Shown here piece by piece: positions 43,944 through 55,944 of a DNA stretch of 64,000 nucleotides (position 1 is its first letter; every line of letters starts with the position of its first letter). The translations under genes and the position numbers were made by a program. Origin of the DNA: Trypanosoma brucei (Eukaryota); NCBI GenBank assembly GCA_000002445.1, contig CP000069.1:544001-608000 (forward strand), in the 5' to 3' direction. Under the pieces are notes generated by a model that did no database searches, was not told where the DNA came from, and saw nothing but the letters and a program-made list of their open reading frames with translations.

Positions 43944-45851
43944 TTACGACGAGCCGCTCCCCAGAGGGTGTGCGACAGGATGAAACATAGTTCTCTTGTC
44001 TTGTATGAAACTACTAACCGCATCATGTGGTGGATTAGCACAAACAGGCCGGCATGTAACGGAGGATCCGCTTCCCAAGTGACACTGCAGAGTAGAAGGA
44101 GCCGCAGGTGATGCCACTTCCGTATTTTCAACTGTTTCAGATACCGGCGGTTGCCCAGCTGGAGTGCGCTCCCATAGGACTTTGCGTTCTGGAGAATGAC
44201 TGGTCGTCCTCGGTACATACGCGAAAACGCGACAACACGTTTCAAGCTTCTCACGGGTACGAGAAACAAGTTGCTCGACTTTGCATCCTGGCGAGGCGAA
44301 CCCTGCGGAAATTCCCCTCAGTTGTGGGAGAAGTGCGAGTTTTATATCGGAATCCTCATGGGCGCTGAGAGGGTTTTCCGCCGTTCGGGAACACCAGCGG
44401 TTCACCATAGCGCGCTGCGTGGCGTAGTATTGCTGCACGAAGGGATTAAGCACTCTATGTGGATGAAGCACCTCTTCACCTACCGTCATCTCCTCTACAA
44501 TTGATGAAACAAGCTCCTGTTCTCTCTGCGCATCGGCCTCCGGAATGTCGCATTCCATTTCCATCTCTTGTAGAGTGGGAAAGCGCAGACAGCGGATCTC
44601 TTCCATGAAAGGTAATCTGGACATGAAAAGTACATCTTCGTCACCTGTCGTTAACGGCACGCAGAGGAACATGTTGGGGTTTCCATCAGTCGATCGGACA
44701 TAACGCACCACCAAGGCTGAATCTTGAGCTGCCAGTGCCTTTACAATGCTTCGGAACGCCCTCGTCCCAACGGGGTCATCATCTAGCGGTGCTATCATGT
44801 ACGATGTATCGACCACCAGCACATGAACAGGAACCTGGTTTTGTGGAATGCAAGCAACAGCATCAATACCCCGTGACCCGCGTATCTTTGTAGCTTCAGA
44901 GAGGCGATTGCTGCTGGAGGCTGTCGGTTTGTTTACGGGAGTCTCCAGACACGTTTGCTGACTGTCCTCTTCCCCGCCTTCTAATCGGAGAGTTTCTTCG
45001 TCAAACAGCTGCGAGTGAGCTGCCTTTCTACTCCCTGGCACTCGTTCAGTCGGTGCTGGTGTCCGATTTGCTGGTACATGCATTCGTCTCACTTTACCGA
45101 GCACGTTCGTAGCTAAGCGCACTTCACCGATTGTGAATACCGTCTTTTGTGCAAGGCTGCGTACTTTTCGGCACACCAACTGCGCAGCGCTCACCAGGGC
45201 ATCACGTAATGTTATTACTCGACTGTCGTTACCCAAAGCCTTACACAAGGTGTACAGTACAGTTTCATTATCAACCTTCACACGGTTACTAGTGAGTGAT
45301 GGGGCTGATGCACCGGGAAGCAGGGAACCTTCACCTGTCACTTGGGAGAAATCAATCCCCACAACAATAAGTGTCACCCCCCGCGCTCGCAGAGCGTTCA
45401 GCACATCGCGGAAGACGCTCTTCCTGACCACCTCAGCATGCGCATCCGTTAAGAGATACAAAACCTCCCTGAATTGCTTTCTTCGTTTCTTCAAGTTAAA
45501 CACCTCTACACATAGAGTAAGAGTTTCAATGAAATTTGCACTGGATCCCACACCCTGTTGCTCCTCCCGGTCACGCAGGATTCGGTGCAGTATTGTGATG
45601 AACTCAACAGATGGTGGAGCCGGCAAACATGGGGCGGAAAGCTGAGCTGCGCTCCCACAAGTACTAACACTCGTTGATGTGCCCCCGCTGTAGCTTCTGC
45701 AACCACCAGCCACAACTAAAGCGACCTCATCATATGAAGAAGGGCACATGGTCTTCAGTACGGAAAGGCGACAGAACTCCACGGCCTGCGCAAGTGAAGA
45801 AATCGAGCAGTTTACGTCTAGGGCGAAAATAGTTGAGGTACGGAAAGCCAT
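43944..45851 (-). CDS. KU80: Ku80 (Ku70/80 family DNA-end binding protein)
   Basis: From ATG at 45851: MAFRTSTIFALDVNCSISSL…, the vWA-like N-terminus typical of Ku subunits, followed by the central beta-barrel region. The ORF track extends 15 codons further upstream, to 45896. The gene is positioned immediately upstream of a kinesin and a MAPK gene, as I recall for T. brucei Ku80. Confidence 0.65.
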   Translation of the reverse strand: MAFRTSTIFALDVNCSISSLAQAVEFCRLSVLKTMCPSSYDEVALVVAGGCRSYSGGTSTSVSTCGSAAQLSAPCLPAPPSVEFITILHRILRDREEQQGVGSSANFIETLTLCVEVFNLKKRRKQFREVLYLLTDAHAEVVRKSVFRDVLNALRARGVTLIVVGIDFSQVTGEGSLLPGASAPSLTSNRVKVDNETVLYTLCKALGNDSRVITLRDALVSAAQLVCRKVRSLAQKTVFTIGEVRLATNVLGKVRRMHVPANRTPAPTERVPGSRKAAHSQLFDEETLRLEGGEEDSQQTCLETPVNKPTASSSNRLSEATKIRGSRGIDAVACIPQNQVPVHVLVVDTSYMIAPLDDDPVGTRAFRSIVKALAAQDSALVVRYVRSTDGNPNMFLCVPLTTGDEDVLFMSRLPFMEEIRCLRFPTLQEMEMECDIPEADAQREQELVSSIVEEMTVGEEVLHPHRVLNPFVQQYYATQRAMVNRWCSRTAENPLSAHEDSDIKLALLPQLRGISAGFASPGCKVEQLVSRTREKLETCCRVFAYVPRTTSHSPERKVLWERTPAGQPPVSETVENTEVASPAAPSTLQCHLGSGSSVTCRPVCANPPHDAVSSFIQDKRTMFHPVAHPLGSGSS

Positions 45852-46573
45852 ATTGGAAGGTTTACCGTTATATAATCTTTTCGTTCTTACACACACACAC
45901 TTTCTTTTTTTCTTGGTAGTTTTATTATACTTTCTTTCAGTCCCCTACGCGAGCAGCAATCAGCGGTTCCCTGTGGTGTAAACTGTTGTGTACCTTTCCA
46001 GATTGATACCAGATGTCACCGTGTAAAGGTAATAATAAATGAGCACAAGCAAGCAAACAGAGGAAGAAGAAGGAAGAAAGCGTGAAAAATTGTTTGAAGA
46101 GATAAAAACGCTTTTTTTCTTTTAAAATGTGCAGGTGTATTTTCAGAAAGAGCAGCGGATTACTTTAAAGATTGGACGAAACCCGTCACCGGATCAAAAC
46201 ATATCGTAGATTGCTCATCTATCCGACATAAATATGTAAATAATTAAACAAATACATATACGAATATATATATATATATATAACGCAATGAAAAGAGTGT
46301 TGAGGGGTTGGAAGTCGGAATATTTACTGGCATATTGAAGCGCTGCTGGCTGGCAGAAGACGTAAAAGCGAATCGAAGAAAAGGCACGAAGGATGAGAAA
46401 AAGAGAAGTGTGTATTGTGGGGGTAGAAACATTTCAAGTTTATCCTTACGCTCCACGCACACATTTTTATGATTCTTATTGCTTCTTCACAAAACCCCCA
46501 CTATACGTACGAAACGAGAGAGAAGGTAAAAGAAAAAAGGGGGAAACGGGCGCCATTAAAACTTCTCTCAACA

Positions 46574-48460
46574 TTACGCTTTCAGTTTCTCAAGATGGTT
46601 AGCGAGAGACGTCTTCTCTGCATGTAACAACCGAATGGCCTTACTAGCCATCATTTGATATACAATTAACTCCACTCGCTCCTCATTAAGCACACGCAGC
46701 TGCCGGTTCGCCTTGTCAAGTTGCTCCTGCAGATACGCATCGCCTACATTGATTGACTGCGACAAGCCACTGGAAGGGGTCCCCCTTCTCGGTGAATCCA
46801 ACGACAATGGAAGGGCATCCTCACATGCTGCACTGGGCTGGAAACTGATATAATCGGTGCCCTTCAGCTTCGCGTTATCAATAGAAAGTTCAGTCACGCG
46901 CTGCGTTAGTTCTTTGTTCTCCATTATATGTTTCAGCGATTCCGCACGGAGTTTCTGCGCCAAGACGTTCACCTTGTTCTTCTCTAGAGCAAGAAATTGT
47001 GCAAGTTCCACACGCTCCTTATCAGTGCGCTTCAAGTCGGCATCAAGCTTCTCTATAGCACGCCTCATTTTCATTGTCAAAGATCGCCAGTCATTAGCAT
47101 CATCACCGCCCATCGCAACTGCTGCTGCTGCTGCACCAGACGCAGTGGAAGTGCCACTAACAGGTCCGGTACCGCCCAGCTGCGAACTCTCGCGCCGTAA
47201 CATATCGTTCTCAGATGTGAGAATCTTGATCCGTTCCTCAAGTACACGAATACGATCCTCGTAAGCTGTCCGCTCTTCCGACAAGGCGGTCTCCAGCGTC
47301 CTGTCATTCTTTGAGTCGAGATCGGCAAGCAATTGGTAATAGAGAGCTTTGTAGTCCAGAATCTCATGTCGCTTGGCATCCTGTTTAATCTGAATTGCCC
47401 TCTGACCAAACATAATAGCGCCCAAAGTCTCCTCAGTAGAATCATCGCAGGGGCTACAGTTTACAACAATGGACGTGTTGCCGTTACCAAGCAAAGAGTA
47501 TTGCAAAATACGAGTGAGTTTCGACTCGCGGAACGGGGCGTGCTGAGACCCACTTTCAGTCAACGCCGCAACAACCTTCCCCAGCACGAGCAGACTCCCG
47601 TTAATATGCGTTGCCTCATCCAGCGTTTTTCCTTCAGCATTGGTTCGGCTGGCACGCTCGCTTCCCGCTAAGTCACAAACGACGAGACGACCTTGTAGTG
47701 CTATTACTGGTTCATTGTTAGCCTTAGCACTGCTCAGATCCACCGTCTTCACCTTAGCAGACCGTGTGAGGTTGAAATTAAACACGGTGTGGGAACGGGA
47801 GCTGGTATTGTTCATTTTGGTGCTGGTCATCTCCTTACGGTCCATTCCCTCATAAAAGTACTTGAGACAATCTTCATAGCTTTCCACTTTCCTTTCGATC
47901 GACGCGCCAGACGCCTCCGTAACTAGCACCACATCACCGCGACCCTCAGGGCCAAGTTGAATTCGTACACGCCCTCCTTGGGGATCTAACAGATCCGTCA
48001 GCATTTCATTATACAATTGAACATAACTTACGGTGCAAGAGTAGTCGTATTCCGTATCAGCCTGGAAACGATCCCATATATCACGAAGACTCTGCTGTAG
48101 CACACCAGGTTTCTCTGGGTCATTATTACTGATGGTAAATGTTTTACCGGAACCTGTTTGACCGTAGACAAAAAGCACGCCATGCTGACCATCAAATGCA
48201 GCATCCACAGCCCCACGTGCAACCTCATTGTAAATCGTCTGTTGTGTGCATTCCGGATCGAAGACACGATTAAAAAGAAACGACTTTGTTCCTTTGCGCG
48301 CAGAACCTCCTCTTGTTATTGTAACGCGCTGCGGGTCAGAAGGATCACACACAAGATTATTGAAAGTTCCTCCCTTTAACTCACGCGGGACGGGCGGCCT
48401 CACTCGAAGAAAAACCGAAATGTTCTTCGGAGCTGCCTTGCCGCTGAGTGGTTTTGCCAT
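46574..48460 (-). CDS. kinesin (N-terminal motor domain plus coiled-coil stalk)
   Basis: P-loop GQTGSGKTFT, switch I SSRSHT and switch II VVCDLAGSER all lie in the N-terminal 350 aa. The C-terminal ~250 aa is heptad-rich. Confidence 0.85.
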   Translation of the reverse strand: MAKPLSGKAAPKNISVFLRVRPPVPRELKGGTFNNLVCDPSDPQRVTITRGGSARKGTKSFLFNRVFDPECTQQTIYNEVARGAVDAAFDGQHGVLFVYGQTGSGKTFTISNNDPEKPGVLQQSLRDIWDRFQADTEYDYSCTVSYVQLYNEMLTDLLDPQGGRVRIQLGPEGRGDVVLVTEASGASIERKVESYEDCLKYFYEGMDRKEMTSTKMNNTSSRSHTVFNFNLTRSAKVKTVDLSSAKANNEPVIALQGRLVVCDLAGSERASRTNAEGKTLDEATHINGSLLVLGKVVAALTESGSQHAPFRESKLTRILQYSLLGNGNTSIVVNCSPCDDSTEETLGAIMFGQRAIQIKQDAKRHEILDYKALYYQLLADLDSKNDRTLETALSEERTAYEDRIRVLEERIKILTSENDMLRRESSQLGGTGPVSGTSTASGAAAAAVAMGGDDANDWRSLTMKMRRAIEKLDADLKRTDKERVELAQFLALEKNKVNVLAQKLRAESLKHIMENKELTQRVTELSIDNAKLKGTDYISFQPSAACEDALPLSLDSPRRGTPSSGLSQSINVGDAYLQEQLDKANRQLRVLNEERVELIVYQMMASKAIRLLHAEKTSLANHLEKLKA

Positions 48461-49484
48461 AATGGTGATATCCTGTTGCCTTTTCTATCTCCTTCCCCCC
48501 CCTCAATTCTTATGCACAATATACCGAGCAACTGAACGACTAAATGGATCCCAGTTTTTCTTCTTTAAAGCGGAGGAAAGTCAACTCCCTTCCTGTATGA
48601 TCCACCCTAGCAATTGAATTCTCACAAATTTTAAAGCTGAAGAAAAGCAACGACGTATATATGTATATTGACCTGTGTTTGTGCTTACGTAAATGCCTAA
48701 AAACAGATCAAGGCGCCACCTGTAACTCACCTAATACTGTTTGGTCTCCGATACTTTTCTGTCTTGTTTTTTTTTCCCCACTGCTGATGTTGCTCTATCT
48801 TACCTTCTGTATTTCTACCGACAGTACACACGGCAATATTTCGATATATGTATGTATATATGTATATATGTACTCGCCTGTGTTTGTACCTATTCGTATA
48901 TTCCGTTTAACTCCCTTTGCTTTGCCTTTTTTTTCTTTTCTTCTACACTTTGCTTCCCCCTTTTCTTTACTCTATTTCAATTAACCTTTGCGTACAACTT
49001 TTGCTTGTCCACCACCTTTGGTTTGGTACACTACAAATATATGTATACAAATATACGAAGTAGCGCTTGATATATATTTATATATTTATATATGTGTTTA
49101 ATGAGCAGCTAGTTTATAACGACGGTATTTACACGTGATGCAATTCGTATTCGTTTCTCCTCGCGCCTTTCCTTTCCTTTTTTTTCTCCCCCCTTCCCCC
49201 CACCCCGCAGGAAAGAAAAATTTCTCCCTTTACGAGTTATATATGTGTTTGTATTTGTATTATTTTCCCTGTTTTACTTTGTTCAATTTCGGCTTAGTGG
49301 AAGGGAGCGCCTTACGTTAGACGCTGTACCCCAGTAATAAAATAAAACAAAGAAAAACAAGTGCGAATATTAAATAATAATAATAATAGTAGTAGTAGTA
49401 AACTTAAAGGGGGAAAAGAAAAAAAGAGACAATGCTGAACGCTTAACCTTTGAAAGGATACGAAGCACCAAAAATGTAACAATA

Positions 49485-49570
49485 CGAGAGAGAGAGAGGG
49501 AGGGAGAGAAAGAAAGAAAGAAAAACAAAAAAAAAAAATAAATAAGGAAAGGAAGGAAGGAAGGAACATG
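49485..49570 (-). promoter_or_regulatory. candidate polypyrimidine tract in the MAPK-kinesin spacer
   Basis: A long plus-strand purine run (gagagagagagggagggagagaaagaaagaaagaaaaacaaaaaaaaaaaataaataaggaaaggaaggaaggaagg), which is a CU tract on the transcribed strand. It is a plausible signal coupling polyadenylation of the MAPK mRNA with trans-splicing of the kinesin mRNA. Confidence 0.3.
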
Positions 49571-50317
49571 GAGTGAAGTGCAGGTAACATTTAAAGGCGT
49601 ACGAGAAAACAGAAAGATAACAACAAAGTAACGATAGAAGCGACAATATTAAACATCTCTACAAACATGTGGATGCGTACGTTTACACTCTTATATATTA
49701 TATATTATATATCATATATAATATAAACACCTCGACAGACACAGTTGCAGCAACACCACATCCCGCCAATGAAAACTTTATTTTTATTTTTTTCAGTGAA
49801 GAGAGGAATGAAAAAAAAGAAAGGGAAAGAGCCTGCCCCAAAAAAAAAAAAAGTACAAAAGCATCACAAGCATAATACGACAAAAACAAAAACACGTGAA
49901 CACAAGCTTTTAGAACAACCTCTTAATGTTATTCATAAAGGTGAGGAAAAGAAAAGGTTGCCGTACACAAGTGAAAAAGTGAACCACATAAGTATTTTGC
50001 ATGTGTGATGATATTTTTAAAAACCTACGCAAGCATCTATAAAAATTTTCACAAGAAAAATAAAAAAAGAAAAAAAAAAGGCACCTTTGCAACTGCATTA
50101 CTTCACGACAGTTTGGCACTCAAAATGTGTATGGACAGGAGTAAGAAGAAAGGAAAGGTAAAACAAGCGACGCGTAATAAGTTCTCCATCTAAAATAACG
50201 ATTTGATAACAGAAGAAAAAAAAAATGAAAATCACGTTAGACAAAAATACATGTAGCAAAACACCACCACTACCACCATCATCAACAGCGTCAACAGTAC
50301 AAGGCCAAACAACATAA

Positions 50318-50330
50318 CAACAACAACAAC

Positions 50331-50380
<50 letters not shown>
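50318..50380. repeat. compound (CAA)6(CA)21 microsatellite
   Basis: Read directly from the sequence, about 60 nt downstream of the MAPK stop codon on the transcript. Confidence 0.9.
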
Positions 50381-50438
50381 AACATACATACATGTATAGA
50401 TATGCGTATGAACACATGTACATGCATTTACCGCAGCA

Positions 50439-51674
50439 TTACCGTCTCGAAGCACTGAAATCTGCAATCTCTGCTTTCATCACTGCCCGAAGCACAGGTT
50501 CAGTGAACTCAGCACTATCGAAATTCCAGTGAAATCGATTGCTTGGCTGTATCTCTAAACCCTCATCCTCACATTTCTTCCGTATATCTCGCAACCAAGG
50601 GTGCGTCACAGCCTCCGCCGCCGTCATGCGTTCCTTTGGGTTGTACAACAACAACTTGAGGAGAAAATCTTTAAATAACGCATACTCCTTTTCAGCAGCC
50701 GCGGCAATATCCGCTTCGGAAGCAGCACTACCGCCATCCTTCGCATTACCATGAGTTGTTGTACCTTCCATTTCATAATCATCCTCCGTTCCGTAACTAA
50801 ATGCAGTTAAGTACGCCTGTTTCAGTGTTGGATGAACGCCCTCCAGTCCTAATGGTTTCCTCTTGGGTAATGAACGCAAATAAGCCAACGCTTCAGGTGA
50901 GCGTATGTGCTGCAAGTCCTGCTCAACTTGTGGCAAACCCAACGCATCCACTAAAAGGTTTAGTTGGTGGATGTAATCCCGACCTGGAAAAAGAGGACAC
51001 CGCAATACAATTTCCGCTACAAGACATGCTACGCCCCACATGTCTACCGCTCCATCACAGTCATCACCAACCAAAAGCAGTTCAGGCGGCCGGTACCACC
51101 GCGTAACGACGTACGATGTCACATTTACACCGACACCTCGCGCCAGCCCGAAGTCGCACACCTTCACAACACAATCCGAGTCTGTCAATATATTCGCTGG
51201 TTTCAAATCACGGTGAATAATGTCCGCGCTGTGCATGTACTGTAGCGCACACAACAGCTGATACGTCAAATATTGACAATGAATACTCATCAATTGTACG
51301 TTAGGGGATTTAACCACCGTTTGCAAATCCGATGACATGAGCTCTGTTACCACATAAACATCAGAAAAGTCCTCACTCACTGGGCGAAAGACATCCCTCA
51401 TCGAAATGATATTCGGATGTTTCAGGAATCTCAAAAGCTTCACCTCACGCAGCGTACGTTTGCCATCCACAACATCCGCAAACACGTTGCCAATTTTCTT
51501 AATAGCAACCTTATCGCCCGTTTCCGTGTCAATGGCACTACATACAATTCCATATGCACCGCGGCCAACGACATTATTCACTTCATAACGCCGTGGTACC
51601 TCCACCTTCCACTGGGTATTAAAAGTGTACGTCACTCGACCGTCTGCATCGGGACTGGACACATGCGTCAACAT
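50439..51674 (-). CDS. mitogen-activated protein kinase (ERK-like)
   Basis: VGRGAYGIVCSAID (Gly loop), VAIKKI, HRDLKPANIL and DFGLARG are present. The activation lip is TSYVVTRWYRPPELLL (a T-x-Y-type motif read as T-S-Y). A ~45 aa insert lies between subdomains X and XI, and there is a short C-terminal extension. Confidence 0.85.
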   Translation of the reverse strand: MLTHVSSPDADGRVTYTFNTQWKVEVPRRYEVNNVVGRGAYGIVCSAIDTETGDKVAIKKIGNVFADVVDGKRTLREVKLLRFLKHPNIISMRDVFRPVSEDFSDVYVVTELMSSDLQTVVKSPNVQLMSIHCQYLTYQLLCALQYMHSADIIHRDLKPANILTDSDCVVKVCDFGLARGVGVNVTSYVVTRWYRPPELLLVGDDCDGAVDMWGVACLVAEIVLRCPLFPGRDYIHQLNLLVDALGLPQVEQDLQHIRSPEALAYLRSLPKRKPLGLEGVHPTLKQAYLTAFSYGTEDDYEMEGTTTHGNAKDGGSAASEADIAAAAEKEYALFKDFLLKLLLYNPKERMTAAEAVTHPWLRDIRKKCEDEGLEIQPSNRFHWNFDSAEFTEPVLRAVMKAEIADFSASRR

Positions 51675-52796
51675 TCCCTCAACCTAATGGATTATTTATT
51701 TTAACAACGTTACACTACACACAAACACACAAACACACACAAACACAACACAGATACACACAGAAATAAATAAATAAAAATATATATATTTGTGTAATTA
51801 TGTGTGCAGCAATAAATTCCAACTCGCTACTGTGAGCCAAATAAAAACGAGTGCTGACAGTACTACTGAAGCCTCCTTAACGCTCAATTCCACCTCTTTG
51901 GGGCTGCCTTTTTTTTTTTTAAATCACGCGGCTAAGCCAAAAAAAAAAGGAAAAAAGGGATGCGGGAAACAAAAGAAATTGCAAGAAAAAAAAAACACTG
52001 ACCCTTTTCCTTTTTTTTTTGAACCTGCCGCTGACGTTCCTGATATCTTCTTGTTTATCACTCGCTAAATCGCTCACCTTCTGTTTGCGGAGATGTGCGG
52101 ATGATTATGTTTTCGTTTATTAATTGTACCTCCCTATTCGATATGTTTTCTTTAATTAATTTTTTTCCTCCCCTTTCCCTTACCTAAATGTATTCACCAA
52201 AGAAATTTTCAAAAGAAAAAAATAATAAAAGGAACAACAACAAAAACAACAAAATGGAGTGAAGGAAACATTCAGTACATTTTATCAATCTTTTTGATCA
52301 TATATATATATATATATATATTATTTATTTATTTTTTTGAATTTCTCACACGATCCCAAGAAACAATCCAACACATACACACACACACACACACAGAGAG
52401 AGGATTGCGAATGGAGAAATAAACATGAAAGCAAACTAAAACCCACCCTTTTAAAATTAATCAAATATATCAGGCATCTTAACATGTTTCATACGCTTTT
52501 GTCACACATGTCACTGAAACACAAGTGTCTGCATATGAATTTATTTTTCTATTTTATTTATTTTTATTTTTTTGGAAGAGGGAGGAAAATGGGATCTTTT
52601 ATTTTTTTTTTTTATTATTTAATTAAAAGCCTGTAAATGGAGATGTGAAAGACACATAAGTGTTAATAGCATTGAGAGTACAAACAAGAAATACAACAAA
52701 AACCCTCATGCGTAGATGTTTATTTACCTAAACGTACGTACATATGCATATGTGTAAGCATTCATAATTATGTTACTGCTCTCCAGCTTTTTTTAA

Positions 52797-52827
<31 letters not shown>

Positions 52828-53486
52828 TGCATATACAACAGCAGAAACGAATCATTTTAAATTCCTTTCGACACATCATTCATTCATTTATCCTTGACGA
52901 CTACAGTCACAACAAAACAATATCAAATTCAACATCATCAAAATGTTTCGTTAGCACTTCCCCGTCTTCCTCCAGTCCTTTTCCTTCTTCTTTTTTACAT
53001 ACCTTCATATTTTAAAATAAATGAACCTTTACTCTTCTTCTTTGTTTTTTTTCTTTGTCCCCCCCCCCTATTCCTACATTAAATGCTCATATCGAAACTG
53101 TTTCAAATCCTTTTTAATACTGCCACGTGTTTATGTCGATACTTTTTAAAAAAAATTTAAAAAATTCTTCAAATGGAATTATTTGGTACCGCTTCTCTTT
53201 TTGCCTCGCTTCATTGACTCATAAGAATGTAAATGTCTAAACATACTAAATATTGTATACATATATAAATAAATAAATAAATAAATATATATATATATAT
53301 ATAAATATTCTGTGTGTCTGTTCGGTGTCTATATTAAATGCTATGGGTGAAAGAAAGCAAGAAAAAGATAGAGGAAAGAGAAGAGAACAGAATACATTAT
53401 CCTCGTAGCGAAAGAATTTTTAGAAAAAAAAAACAACATCAAAAAAAAATAAATAAATATAATTAAGTAAATAGAGCAAACACATA

Positions 53487-53524
<38 letters not shown>
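53487..53524. repeat. (AT)19 microsatellite
   Basis: Read directly from the sequence, inside the 6.6 kb ORF-free region. Confidence 0.9.
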
Positions 53525-53528
<4 letters not shown>

Positions 53529-55789
53529 GTGTGTGTAGATAATTATTTATATCATATTTATAGATGTAAATACGAGTATGCATATGCGCATATATATATA
53601 TATATATTTGTTTCTTTTTTATTTTAATATTTATTTATTTGTGTGTATCTGTGTTGTGTGTTGGTGGAAGGAGGGGAGGGGAAAAATGCGGCCTAAAGAA
53701 GAAACAGCAGGGATTTTGTATTTAACAGTTATACGCACCCGCATGGAATTTGGTGTCAATTTCAATAATGAGACAGAGAAGAAGGAAAGAAAAATAAGGA
53801 AGGGGTGAAAATAAAAAAAAGAAAAAAAAGAAAAGAAGGGAAAGAGACAAGGCGGAGTGGAACGAGAGGAAGAAAAAAAAAGGAGGAAAAAAAAGCAACA
53901 AACTATTATTTGAGAAACAGAAAAAAAAAAAAGAGAGTCGAAGCAGTCAACTTTTAAAAACCTCAGTCCCGCCGCCACCATTTACCCATTTACTTCACTC
54001 TCCTTTACCGCCAAATCTACACACTTTCCCTCTTGCAGGGAATTTATGTTTTGTTTTCGTTTATCCTTTTCTTCTTTCTTTTTTTTTCTTCTTGTTTTTT
54101 CCCCCGTTATATAATTAGCAATAACAAAAGTAATAATTTTTTTTAATTTTTACTTGTTATTACTTTTTATTTTTTGTTTACTTTCCTTCCCTGCTTCCCT
54201 TAGCACACAAGCATCCATATATATATATATATATATATAAACAAAAAAACAAAAAAACAAAATACATACGCACGCAAACATATACAAAAATGTTGGTACG
54301 TACACATATACAACTCACACCATCCGTTATTTTAGGCGGAGTCAAACAAAACAAAACAAAAATAGTAGCAACTGTGACAATAACAAAACGAAAAAAAAAA
54401 ACAACAACAGGAAGCGAAACCTGAGACACGAATAGAGACAGAGTAGCAAAGGCAATAACAATAACAATAACAACAATAATAATAAAAGGCTGTAATAACG
54501 CCAACACTGACAAAAATCATAATATATATATATATATATATATATAGATGTATGCATTGTATATTAGTAAAGATTGTTGTGGAAGCAGCAACTATAGTAA
54601 AAAAAAAAAGAAAAGCGTACACACGAAACGCAAAGTAATTGCTGTTGCCCTAATAATAATAAGTAATAGTAACAATATTGGAAGTTATGGGAAAGAGCAA
54701 GCGAGCGAGTAAAGGGACGGAGAGGTGCGAGTTTTGTAAACACACACACAAAAAAAATTAAAACAAAGAAGAGAAAATCAGACGGCAAAAATAACTGGAT
54801 CTTCAGCGATGCACATGATTTGACATTGGTATAGCGATGTCTCCACTTAGTTCAGTTTACGTTTGCAAGCTTACATCTCTTTCTCTCTCTCTCTTCCTCT
54901 TTTTTTAAAAAAAAAAATTATCGTCATTATTATTATTATTATTTTTTTTATTACTGGACGTGACACAACTATTCTTTTTGTTTTCTCCCCATCCTCTCTT
55001 TCTATCTTTTACCAAATTGAACCATCACATGCCCCATTTATATTTTTCACTTTCTTTCACTTCTTATTTACTCACTACCGTTACGTAATGGAAAAGTCTC
55101 TGCCGATGGATTTGCACCAAAAGTGATTAAATTCAAAGAGGAAGAGAGAAAAATAAGAATAAAAAGTGAAATAAAATGAAAGAGGCTTATAAAACTAAAT
55201 AAATACATATTTATTCATATATAAGTAAAAATATAAATAAATAAATAAATGATATTCTTTCTATTTTTCAAGTTTAAATAGAACCCTCTCCCTTCTTCTC
55301 CCCATCTCATGTCTTCTCTTCGCTGCATCTCATCCCGCACTTCACACACACAACATATACAAACACACATATAAATACATGAAAATACCAATATATAAAT
55401 ATATAAATATATAGATATATATAGATATATATAGATATATTTATATATACACGAATTTATATAAACCCCAACCCATTCTCCAACTTTCTCCCCTCTTTTA
55501 ACTACTGCCACCACTGTTCTCATATGCCTCTATATTTTATTTTATTTTATTTTTTAGTTGCTGTTTTCGCTTCTTGTGAAGAAAAGAAAACACATGAAAC
55601 ATAAATAAATAAAAATAAAATAAAAAAGAAGTTTGTTGCCGCTTGATCTCTTTCTCTCTCTCTCTCCCCTCCCCTTCCGCTCCACCGCGCGTTTACGCGT
55701 GAGCAAAACATGTGCACTTGTCCATTTGCCTCTACGCATTGCTAAACAAAACAAAGCATTTAAATTGCAAAATAAAACACAAAAAACAA

Positions 55790-55853
55790 AACACACACAC
55801 ACACACACACAAACACAAACACACAAACAAACAAACAAACAAACAAACAAACA
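55790..55853. repeat. compound (CA)11(CAAA/CAAAC)n microsatellite
   Basis: Read directly from the sequence. Confidence 0.9.
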
Positions 55854-55913
55854 GACGCACAATTGTACCTACAAATCATCAACACCAACAGAAATAGTAA
55901 CAACACTGACACC

Positions 55914-55944
55914 GACAACAACAACAACAACAACAACAACAACA
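55914..55944. repeat. (CAA)10 microsatellite
   Basis: Read directly from the sequence. Confidence 0.9.

Noticed and set aside
45133-45645. Plus-strand ORF (170 aa) inside Ku80
   Set aside because: It is antisense within a recognisable CDS and has no features of its own.
50318-50380. Periodic short repeats considered as a possible CRISPR-like or satellite array
   Set aside because: These are simple di- and tri-nucleotide microsatellites with no unique spacers. The locus is eukaryotic, so there is no CRISPR.
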